Part shown: positions 45,403 through 55,361 of the stretch, one piece after another
Position numbering within the stretch: position 1 is the stretch's first letter
Layout: every line of letters starts with the position of its first letter
Source of the DNA: Octopus sinensis
Lineage: Eukaryota
Reading direction: 5' to 3'
Assembly: GCF_006345805.1 (NCBI RefSeq)
Contig: NC_043010.1
Location: 63,550,001-63,614,000, forward strand
Length of the DNA stretch: 64,000 nt
Translations under genes and position numbers: made by a program
The notes under the pieces: model-generated
Seen by the model: only the letters and a program-made list of their open reading frames with translations
Told to the model about the DNA's origin: nothing
Database searches by the model: none

Positions 45403-48192
45403 TCACAGTTGCCACAAATAAGTGCTCATAGGAGGAAATTCTTCAACCGTTTTGTTGATGGAGTTTGAAGAAGTCTTTGGAGGTTTACTGGCAGTCTTGT
45501 TGTGGGTCTTCTTGTGGCGATGTAGTGTGTCGCTCCTAGCAAAGTGTTTAGGGCACAAGTCACAGTGGAAGGCCTTCTCCCCTGTATGGGTTCGTTTGTG
45601 CAGTCGTAGGTAGTGTTTCTGGGCAAATGTTTTGAAACAGAAGTCACACTGGAACGGTCGTTCGCCTGTATGTGTCCTGCGGTGGATATGGAGGGAATTC
45701 CTCTGTGCAAATTGCTTGAAGCAGAAGTCACACTGGAACGGCTTTTCCCCGGTGTGGGTCCGTTTATGCAATTGCAGGTAGTGTTTGTGGGCAAAGTTCT
45801 TGAGGCAGACTTCACACTGGAATGGTTTCTCTCCTGTGTGTGTTCGCTTGTGTATCTGTAATGTGTTTCTCTGAGCAAACTGTTTGAAGCAAATCTCACA
45901 CTGGAACGGTCTCTCCCCGGTGTGAGACCTTTTGTGAACCTGCAGATAATGCCTCTGGGCAAACAGCTTCATACAAACATCACACTGGTAATGTTTCTTT
46001 GTCATGTCACCTTTTATTGAAGTGATGGTGGTAACATAGGTACGTTTCTGAGAAACCTTCTCATGAAGCTTCTTATGAGCTCGTAGTTTGTTGCTCTGAG
46101 CAAACTGTTCGGGACAGAGGTCACAATGGAAAGGTTTCTCCCCCGTGTGGGTCCGTCGATGAATCTGAAGTGTAGTTTTGCGTGCAAATTTCTGGATACA
46201 AAAATCACATTGATACGGCTTTTCGCCGGTGTGAGTTCGTTTGTGAATAACTAAATAATGCTTCTGGGTGAACTTTTTTAAGCAGACATCGCAATGAAGG
46301 AGTTTCTCCCCTGTATGAAGCCTCTTGTGGATTTGCAAATAGTACCTTTGGGCAAACTGCTTGAAGCAAATGTCACACTGGTTCCGTTTTTCTCCAGTAT
46401 GGATGGTCATGTGGGTGCGCAGGTAATAGCGTTGGGCAAACTGCTTGTGACAGATGTCACACTGATATTTCTTCTTGCTAATATGTGTCTTCTTGTGCAT
46501 CTGAAGTTTAATTCTCTGCGAAAACTTTTCAGGGCAAGCATCGCATTGGAACGGCATTTCCCCAGTGTGTGTTCTACGATGGATCTTTAATGTATCTTTT
46601 CTGGAAAACCGCTGAATGCAGAAGTCGCATTGAAAAGGTTTCTCGCCAGTGTGAGATCTTCGGTGTATGGCTAAGTAGTAGCGCTGGGCAAATTGCTTGT
46701 GGCAGATGTCACAAAAATAAAACTTCTTCCCACCTGAGACATTATGAAGATCTTCAAATCTAGGAATATCAGGTGAGACTCCTTGATAACTGCTGGAGTT
46801 GCTTTTTTGAGATAAAGAAGCCTGCATTTGAAGGTGAGGTTGATACTTTGGGGACTGAGCTTCTGGGCTTTGGATTGGGGGTGATGACATTGTTGGAAAA
46901 CTGCTGCTAATTGGAGCTTTAGGTTCTGCTAAGTGGTTTTTGCGATGTCTTTTTAAGACATCTCTGCGAGAGAACTGTCTGTGACAGATGTCGCACTGGA
47001 ACGGTTTCTCTCCTGTATGTTTCCTTCGGTGCATGTGCATCAAATATTCCTGAGCAAACTTCTTGCCGCAGTAATCGCAGAAGAGCTGTTTGAGGGGTTG
47101 AGCGTGACGGGGTTGTTCATCTTCGTCCTCCTCCTCCTCATCATCCTCTTGCAGCTGCTGTTGATGTTGTTTTATGGAGCTCTGCGAGAGTTTGTTCGGG
47201 CCGTATTGTTTTTGAGACACATCACCATGGAATGATTTATCAATACTAGAAGTGGAGCTCTTTTGAGAAGAACTCTCCTTGGATGATTGTCCGCCCTCCA
47301 AGCTTGACTGCATTCTGTCAGTGGTCGGTAAGTAACATGGCTGAGAATACTGGCTGCTGTACATATTGTTACCAGGAAACACTGTCTGACCAATATAGGG
47401 CAGTGGCAGCCTCTGGCTCTCGATAGTCGACTCATGAGAGAACTGGCTCCCAGACAGGTCGCTGTTGCTGTTGTTGTCTGGTTTGTCAACTGGTGAGGCT
47501 ATTCTCTCCTTCTCCAAGTTATGTCTGTGGGAAGAGATCTGTTTACTGGAGATGCTGTTGTGAATGTTTTTCTCTGGAACATGCGACATCCTCGAAGTAT
47601 CAAGAGAGTTTCCATGAGAAAACTGTTTTCCCATGATGCTGGGACTATGAGATGACTTTTCATGCGACATTCTCTGTGAGGCCTGCACATGTTCGTGTGA
47701 ATAGTGTTTACCAGACGAACTACCAACACTGTTGAGGATAGATTTGTCAGCAGCAAGTGATAACCTCTGTGAACTGTGTGAAGAATGAGATGCAGACGAG
47801 GTATGAGAATGAGATGAACTCTGTCTATGGTGAAGGTGTTTGCTGGTCAGTTCATTGTTGTGTTGATGTAGAGACTTCTCAGCGATTGACATAATTCGTT
47901 GCTGCTGGGCATGGTTTGATGTGTGGCTGCTGTGAGAGACATGACCATGGCTGTACTGGGACCGACTCAGGTCACTGTGCAGTGACTTCTCAACAGAGTG
48001 ACTTTGCAACATACGCTGGGTGTCCAGTGCATGATCATTGTTGTGGCTGAAATGTTTGCTGGCCGAGGCCAGAGTATTGTGTATTGATTTCTCAGGAATG
48101 TGAGACATTCGTTGAGGATGAAGACTATGAGCTGGGTGGAAGGGCATCCCATACATGTCATAGTGGAATGGAACACCAGCAGATCTCTCCAT
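45403..48192 (-). CDS. C2H2 zinc-finger protein, 929 aa, 16 fingers in clusters of 2+8+6, His/Ser-rich repetitive N-terminus, acidic stretch
   Basis: Uninterrupted ORF, TGEKP linkers, strong Kozak context aagATGg. Confidence 0.96.
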   Translation of the reverse strand: MERSAGVPFHYDMYGMPFHPAHSLHPQRMSHIPEKSIHNTLASASKHFSHNNDHALDTQRMLQSHSVEKSLHSDLSRSQYSHGHVSHSSHTSNHAQQQRIMSIAEKSLHQHNNELTSKHLHHRQSSSHSHTSSASHSSHSSQRLSLAADKSILNSVGSSSGKHYSHEHVQASQRMSHEKSSHSPSIMGKQFSHGNSLDTSRMSHVPEKNIHNSISSKQISSHRHNLEKERIASPVDKPDNNSNSDLSGSQFSHESTIESQRLPLPYIGQTVFPGNNMYSSQYSQPCYLPTTDRMQSSLEGGQSSKESSSQKSSTSSIDKSFHGDVSQKQYGPNKLSQSSIKQHQQQLQEDDEEEEDEDEQPRHAQPLKQLFCDYCGKKFAQEYLMHMHRRKHTGEKPFQCDICHRQFSRRDVLKRHRKNHLAEPKAPISSSFPTMSSPPIQSPEAQSPKYQPHLQMQASLSQKSNSSSYQGVSPDIPRFEDLHNVSGGKKFYFCDICHKQFAQRYYLAIHRRSHTGEKPFQCDFCIQRFSRKDTLKIHRRTHTGEMPFQCDACPEKFSQRIKLQMHKKTHISKKKYQCDICHKQFAQRYYLRTHMTIHTGEKRNQCDICFKQFAQRYYLQIHKRLHTGEKLLHCDVCLKKFTQKHYLVIHKRTHTGEKPYQCDFCIQKFARKTTLQIHRRTHTGEKPFHCDLCPEQFAQSNKLRAHKKLHEKVSQKRTYVTTITSIKGDMTKKHYQCDVCMKLFAQRHYLQVHKRSHTGERPFQCEICFKQFAQRNTLQIHKRTHTGEKPFQCEVCLKNFAHKHYLQLHKRTHTGEKPFQCDFCFKQFAQRNSLHIHRRTHTGERPFQCDFCFKTFAQKHYLRLHKRTHTGEKAFHCDLCPKHFARSDTLHRHKKTHNKTASKPPKTSSNSINKTVEEFPPMSTYLWQL

Positions 48193-48340
48193 CTTGGGTG
48201 GAGATTAACTGCCTTTCAAATATAATTTATGGTTTAGAAAAAAAAAATAGCTTAAATACCACAACAAATGAGTGACAGCTCTGAATTTTCAAAAATCTCC
48301 TCTTGTCAAATCCAATTTGTTAAAAACAAATTAGATGAAC

Positions 48341-48361
48341 CTGAAAAATGAAAAAAAAAAA
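48341..48361 (-). promoter_or_regulatory. 3' splice acceptor of the minus-strand ZNF coding exon
   Basis: Minus strand tttttttttttcattttTCAG|GTTCAT, 148 nt upstream of the ATG. Confidence 0.65.
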
Positions 48362-48477
48362 TGACAATTAGATAAATATGTTTGAAAATTCTAAAAAGAT
48401 ATTCAACATTAACAAACTGTAAAAATAAAATACTATCAAATGTAAATTAAACCAAAAGACTGAAAGAAATTTTATAC

Positions 48478-48987
48478 AGCCCCGCCTGGTTTGCCAGCCC
48501 CGCCTGGCACCTGTGCAGGTGGCACGTAAAAAGCACCCACTACACTCACGGAGTGGTTGGCGTTAGGAAGGGCATCCAGCTGTAGAAACATTGCCAAATT
48601 AGACTGGAGCCTGGTGCAGCCTTCTGGCTTCCCAGAACCCCGGTCGAACCGTCCAACCCATGCTAGCATGGAGAACGGACGTTAAACGACGATGATGATG
48701 ATGATGAAAAAGGATCCAGTGGGGTGTGATCAATGTGTGAAACCTACTAGCGTATAGTGAGGCTGTTGGACATTTTGTTGCCAGTACCACCCGACTGGCC
48801 CTCATGCCGGTGGCACATAAAAGCACCCACTACACTTTTGGAGTGGTTGGTGTTAGGAAGGGCATCCAGCTGTAGAAACTTTGCCAGATCAGATTGAGCC
48901 TGGTGCAGCCTCTGGTTCACCAGTCCTCAGTCAAACCATCCAGCCCATGCCAGCATGGAAAGCGGATGTTAAACGATAATGATGATA

Positions 48988-48990
<3 letters not shown>
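48478..48990 (+). mobile_element. Two tandem RTE 3' ends (48478-48706 and 48775-48990)
   Basis: Family match, each with a GAT tail. Confidence 0.82.
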
Positions 48991-49022
<32 letters not shown>

Positions 49023-49025
<3 letters not shown>

Positions 49026-49210
49026 GTTAGCTCCTACACGCATTTTTTTCTCTCCTTGTTTCTTTTCTGTGTATCTTTCTGTCGAAGAGCGTAGGCTCGA
49101 AACGTAAAAGACTTGTTCTATTTCTATTCCTGAGCGCCATACTAATACATTGTTTGTTTGTACTCCACCTGCCTTCGTCTTTTGTTTATTTTCGTAAACC
49201 TTCCCGTTAT
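49023..49210 (+). mobile_element. Penelope-like pLTR fragment with minimal hammerhead motif
   Basis: TA-flanked; tcttt-ctgtcga-a-gagc(gtag)gctc-gaaa-cg-ta-aaaga at 49074-49111. Confidence 0.55.
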
Positions 49211-49526
49211 ATATATAAATACACATACAAGATGGGCCAAAAGTCACACACAAAATAAGTTGAATATGCTTGAGACAAGTTTCAGTTTTTCTAAAATTGA
49301 ACAAAATAAATAAAATAATGATGAATACACATGTATTTGTACATGATGATGATGATGGTGAAGAATAATAATAATAATAATAATGGACTCTTCTGTCGAA
49401 GATGACGTATGAGCATCCAGCTTTTGCTGAAAGACCTGCACAAATGATTTGTTTATAGTAATCAAATGTTCATGCCACACATGAACTCACCCCCTACATC
49501 AAACTGATGTTGTCTGAACAGGTGCA

Positions 49527-49951
49527 ACATATGGATGCAAGACCTGGACACTAAAGAAAGCTGACCAGAAGAGAATTAATGCATTCGAGCATTTGGTGTT
49601 GGAGAAGACTTTTACGGATTCCATGGACAGCGAGGCTCACCAATGGAGAAGTTCTTAAGCAGATCAGGCCGAAAATGTCGCTAGAAGCTAGAATCACCAA
49701 GCATAGATTGGCATATTTCGGTCATATTATGCGGAGAAAGTCCCTGGAGAAGGACATCATGGTCGGAATGGTCAGTGGCAAGAGAGGAAGAGGCTGACCA
49801 AGAACCCGCTGGCTTGACACCATCAAGAGTGATACCGGAATGGACATAACCAATCTGAAGGAAGCGGCCCAGGATAGAACTGACTGGAGGACACTGATCC
49901 AACGAGTAACCGAGAGTCGACTTCGACTGAGCGGATAGATAGATAGATAGA
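49527..49951 (+). mobile_element. BovB-like RTE LINE 3' fragment with (GATA)n tail
   Basis: YGCKTWTLKKADQKRINAFE / WCWRRLLRIPWTAR...YFGHIMRRKSLEK...RWLD...RVTESRLRLSG*; 11-bp TSD gaacaggtgca at 49516-49526 and 49952-49962. Confidence 0.9.
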
Positions 49952-50628
49952 GAACAGGTGCACTGTGTATCGTGCATCAAGTGTTGAAGTGATCACAGAG
50001 CAACACGAGATGAAGTGTTTTGCTCAAGAACACAACGCACCACCCAGTCCAGGAATTGAAACCACAACTGCTAGATCACGAGTGCAACGCACTAAGCCAC
50101 ATGCCCTCAAAGAATGTCACACTGGTTCCGTTTTTCTCCAGTAATACAAATAAAATGTCAACTGTTTTGGTGCTTGACTTTAGGCCCACTGCGCGCACGT
50201 GTGTGTGTTTGTGTATACACACACACACACAAATACAGTTGTCATACATTGAGAATGACTTGGTAATAGTCTGCACAATGTCATTTGCTAATGTTTTTAG
50301 GTGTCTGTATAGTTGCAAGTAGACAGAGAAATTCTTTGGACTCTTACAGATCCAACAGAATATTCAAGACAAGACACTTGACTAATATTTTTATTTTATT
50401 GATCCTTTAAGGGATGAAAAGATAAAATTAACCATGGTGAGATTTGAACTCAGAATGTAGAGAGCCAGAACAAGTATCATGCGACACTTTACCCAATGCT
50501 GTACCGTATGATCTATATCCTGCTTCCAGCCCAGCCTCTTTGATGCCCTCTCACCTCCCCATCACATATCTTTTTATCACTCTCCCATCTCCCCCCCCCC
50601 CAGTTACCTGTATTTCTATTCACTATAT

Positions 50629-50858
50629 GTTTCTTTATTACCCACAAGGGGCTAAACATAGAGAGGACAAACAAGGACAGACAAACAAATTAAGTCGATT
50701 ACATCGACACCAGTGCGTAACTGATACTTAATATATCGACCTCGAAAGGATGAAAGGCAAAGTCGACCTCGGCAGAATTTGAACCCAGAATGTAACGGCA
50801 GACAAAATACGGCTATGCATTTCGTCCGGCATGCTAACGTTTCTGCCAGCTCGCCGCC
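50629..50858 (-). mobile_element. SINE family C
   Basis: Family match. Confidence 0.85.
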
Positions 50859-51480
50859 TTATCATCATCATCCTCTAACATCCACTATAATCTATTCACT
50901 ATAATATGCCACTAGAGTTAGTAATGTTTGCAGTATCTGGTCCTGCCCATCATCACCGTTTCTGTGCTGCCAGTCATCACTCCCTTTCCCCCAAACCACT
51001 TACTGACACTCATTGCTTACACTTACCATTGTTCACTTCTGTTAACATTCATCTTTATCCCACCTCTTGGTCTCTTGCCTCGAGCAAATAAGCACATCAT
51101 ACAGTAGTGAAGATTCTTTAGTCTTAGGGGATACAGGACAGCCTCACTAACAGCTGGTATCAGGTGACAATATATATTTTTCATTGATATATTTGAACAA
51201 AATACCCTGTGGCATTTTTGTTCTGTCCAAGTTGCACAGACTCTCCCTTATCACTGTTATGATTGGCCCATTGGAAACCTATTAACCAACGAGGATATTG
51301 TTCACTAAATGTTATATTAAATAAATAAATCTGTTCTTTCAGTTTATTTCTATAAGACATTAAGGTTAGTGCTGTTTAGCCCCAGGTCTGATCAAGCAGG
51401 CTCTTGGTCACATGCATTCCAGCAGTGAACACATCTCATATGTCTAAGGAATGTCTATTCAATGTGTCTATTTTTTTTAT

Positions 51481-51707
51481 TTAACCCTTTAGTATTTAAA
51501 CCGGCCATATCCAGCCAAAATAGTTAATCTGTTTTATGTTCAAACTGATCAGATCCAGGCTCTAACACCTACCCTACAATGTTATTCTACATTAGGTAAT
51601 TACACCATCAAGCTCTTGAAAATATGAGATAATTCATGATTAATTCAAATAAATGGGAATCAATAGGCATTATGTTCGATTGAATAATCTGAACACTAAA
51701 GGGTTAA
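51481..51707 (+). mobile_element. piggyBac-like MITE family 2
   Basis: TTAA-CCCTTTAG...CTAAAGGG-TTAA. Confidence 0.85.
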
Positions 51708-51940
51708 GTTAGAAAGGTGTGATTTGAAAGAGATTCAACTGTTATTCTAGCAATAACCACGTGAGATAGGTTCTCTCATTGCCTCAAAGGACAGTATGAG
51801 ATTCAATGTAGAGAAATCTGCTGTAGTATCATCATTCTGCTTGTTGAATTTCTGAGGCATGGCTTTGTGCCTCCACAAATTCACTCCTCTGTTTTGGTCA
51901 TCCAAGGAGTAACAGTATACTCTTACTGCTAGTTCTTGTG

Positions 51941-52412
51941 ATGGTAAGCTGGCAGAAACGTTAGCACGCCGGGCGAAATGCGTAGCCGTATTTCGTCTGT
52001 CATTACGTCCTGAGTTCAAATTCCGCCGAGGTCAACTTTGCCTTTCATCCTTTCGAGGTCGATAGATAAAGTACCAGTTTTCAACTGGGGTCGATGTAAT
52101 TGACTTAATCCCTTTGTCTGTCCTTGTTTGTCCCCTCTATGTTTAGCCCCCCTTGTGGGTAGTAAAGAAATACATTTTAGGGCGGCGAGCTGGCAGAATC
52201 GTTAGTATGCCGGGCGAAATGCTTAGTGGTATTTCGTCTGCCGCTACGTTCTGAGTTCAAATTCCGCCGAGGTCCACTTTGCCTTTCATCCTTTCGGGGT
52301 CGATTAAAAAAGTACCAGTTACGCACTGGGGTCGATATAATCGACTTAATCCATTTGTCGGTCCTTGTTTGTCATCTCTGTGTTTAGCCCCTTGTGGGTA
52401 GTAAAGAAATAG
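51941..52412 (+). mobile_element. Head-to-tail pair of SINE family C (51941-52172 and 52181-52412)
   Basis: Two full family matches about 8 nt apart. Confidence 0.87.
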
Positions 52413-53693
52413 GTATTATAAGAAGCATATCAACTGGAACCATACTAAAATGGTAAACCAGTTCACTAATGGCAATGAGTATAGGTGTTCATTCTGTCTC
52501 ACTGGTCTACTCATCATATCAATCTAAAAACATATGTGATATGGAGGTGGGGTTCATTACACTTATTAGGAGCCACCATGTTAATATCCCTTTTATCAAG
52601 CAGGTAAGTGTTGGGGGAAAATCTGCAGTATGTAATTTTGCCTTGGTCATGTCATATGTGACTTCCAGCAACCTGGCAAATAGACTTCATCACCCCCCCC
52701 CCATTTCTTCCACATTTACCCTCCACTTTCAGTGCCCAGACCCAGCATTCATTCTCCACCTGTCACTACCACATGAAAGCCATTTCCATTTAATAATGCC
52801 AGGACCCCCTCTTACCCATACGTAGAACATATTTGACCCTTTAGCAATCAGATTACTCTGTCAAGTCTCATGCTTATTTTCTCACATTGTCTTGAATTAA
52901 TTATGCCTTATCTTGTAGCTTTGAGATTTCAATGATGTGATAGTTTATTTTTAGAATGACATTGTTGGGTAGGTGTAAGAGGCTGGAGCTGGCCAATTTG
53001 AACCAGATATGGCTGGTTTGAACTTAAGTCACAGAAAACCTTCTAGGGGAGTGCAAACACGACCATGTGGTTCAGAAGTTTGCTTTGCAGCCATGTGGTT
53101 GCAGGTTTGATCTTACTGCATGGCTCCTTGAGCAAGTATCTTCAACCATAGCCATGAATTGCCAGTGCCTTCTAAATTGAAATCAGGTAGATAGAAACTG
53201 TAAAGAAGCCTGTAATAGAAAGGTTAAAAACTTATGTCCAACACCAACACAGTGACCTTAGTGAAAACCTGACCACTGTTACTATGAAAGAGTAAAATAA
53301 CTTGACTAAGTGTCATCCACTTCACTCGTGGTCAAACAAGGACACTCTGATAGGATACTTGAGGATACACACGCCACAACTTCACACATCAAAGTACAAA
53401 AGCCTGACCTCAGTCAAGCATCATCACTTCCTCAGTTAAGAGGCTACTACTGACCAACTACTTGTACTAATGATGGTCATCTGGATCAAAAATTATTGTT
53501 TACTGTTTTATATCAAATTCAACGGATTCTTTGCATGATCCAAAGGATGGAATTATTATTGTTATTTGTTTTTAGTGGAGCAGTTGTTGCTGTTCTTTTT
53601 TAGCCCCAGGTCAACTCTCATCAAGAAGATTTTTAATCAAAATGCATTCTAGCCATTATGATTCTATCTTGTTTTAGTTTTTCAATTATCAAT

Positions 53694-54061
53694 AGGCGCA
53701 GGAGTGGCTGTGTGGTAAGTAGCTTGCTTACAAACCACATGGTTCTGGGTTCAGTCCCACTGTGTGGCACCTTGGGCAAGTGTCTTCTACTATAGCCTCG
53801 GACCAACCAAAGCCTTGTGAATGGATTTGGTAGACAGAAACTGAAAGAAGCCCATCGTATATATGTATATGTATATGTTTGTGTGTCTGTGTTTGTCACC
53901 CCAACATCGCTTGACAACCGATCCTGGTGTGTTTATGTCCCTGTCACTTAGCAGCTCGGCAAAAGAGACCGATAGAATAAGTCCTGGGGTCGATTTGCTT
54001 GACTAAAAAAGGCAGTGCTCCAGCATGGCTGCAGTCAAATGACTGAAACAAGTGAAAGAGT
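53694..54061 (+). mobile_element. SINE family B
   Basis: Family match. Confidence 0.87.
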
Positions 54062-54651
54062 AATCTGATGGGTTAGTCTCTTTGATGAAGTCAGTGAGGT
54101 GTGACCTTAAGAGATATTTAGCTGTTATTTCAAGCAGATTGAATAGCCATGTTAGATCAAGCAAAGTTATTTACTTTGCTCAGTGACACAACCATCACAA
54201 TGGATTTACTTCCCACCCCCAACTTCTGACCATTCTCTGTCACAATGAGGAAGTCACTGATGACCTGGAGGTCAACAAAAACCAACCAAATAACAAGGTT
54301 TCCTTATAATCAACAAGCAAGAAGACGATGAGTCAATGGCAGAATGCCAGTCTAGACTGTCTAATTAATTAGTAAATAGGAGCTTTACACAGTGGAATCC
54401 AATCAACTATCATGATATAACATTTTCATTACTCTAAGGAGTGACACCGATGGAGCTGCCACTACACAGACACTCAACCTGCTAGAAATAACCACCACTC
54501 TCCCTCAAATCACACTCTACAGTCTTAAAAGGAGAACATACACAATCTAACTGAAAACAAGAGGCTGGAAGGTCACAGCTTGAACACCTTCAATCATAAG
54601 TCTGCTCAATCAGGAGCTAAACAACAACAGCAGCAATAACAACAACAGTAA

Positions 54652-54960
54652 TCATCATCATCATCATCCTTTAACATCCACTTTCTATGCTGGCATGGGT
54701 TGGACGATTTGACTGAGGACTGGCGAACCAGATGGCTGCACCAGGCTCCAGTCTTGATCTGGCAGAGTTTCTACAGCTCAATGCCCTTCCTAACGCCAAC
54801 CATTCCAAGAGTGTAGTGGGTGCTTTTACGTGCCACCTGCATAAGGACCAGTTAGGTGGTACTGGCAACGGCCACGTTCAAATGGTGTTTTTTATGCTCC
54901 ATCTGCACAGAAGCCAGTCCAGCAGCACTGGCAGCAACCTCGCTCGAATGTTTTTTCATG
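54652..54960 (-). mobile_element. RTE 3' UTR fragment
   Basis: Family match on the minus strand. Confidence 0.78.
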
Positions 54961-55131
54961 ATTAATATACAAACCATTCAGAAAGCCTCTACATGGTCAC
55001 TCAGCATGCTAGAAACAACAACCAAACCTCTCTCAAATCATACTGCATTGTCTTTACATTGGGTCATGTAGTCCTAAATACATTATAGCTGACAAAATAT
55101 TGGGATGGCAATGACTGGAACATGTTTGGTC

Positions 55132-55361
55132 TTAACCCTTTAGCATTTAAACCGGCCATATCCAGCCAAAAGTATTCTGCCTGTTTTATGTTCAAACTGG
55201 TCAGATCTGGTCTCTCACACCAGCCCTACAATATCGTTTTAAAAATTAACAGCTACCTCATCAAAATCTCATAGCACCAAGATAATGCCTGATTAGTTCA
55301 AGGCAATATGGATAAAAAAAGGATTAATTTTGGCAGAATAATGCAAACACTAAAGGGTTAA
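55132..55361 (+). mobile_element. piggyBac-like MITE family 2
   Basis: TTAA-CCCTTTAG...CTAAAGGG-TTAA. Confidence 0.85.

Noticed and set aside
45426-45962. 178-aa alternative-frame ORF and antisense ORFs overlapping the ZNF CDS
   Set aside because: Expected shadow frames of repetitive zinc-finger codons; no independent signal
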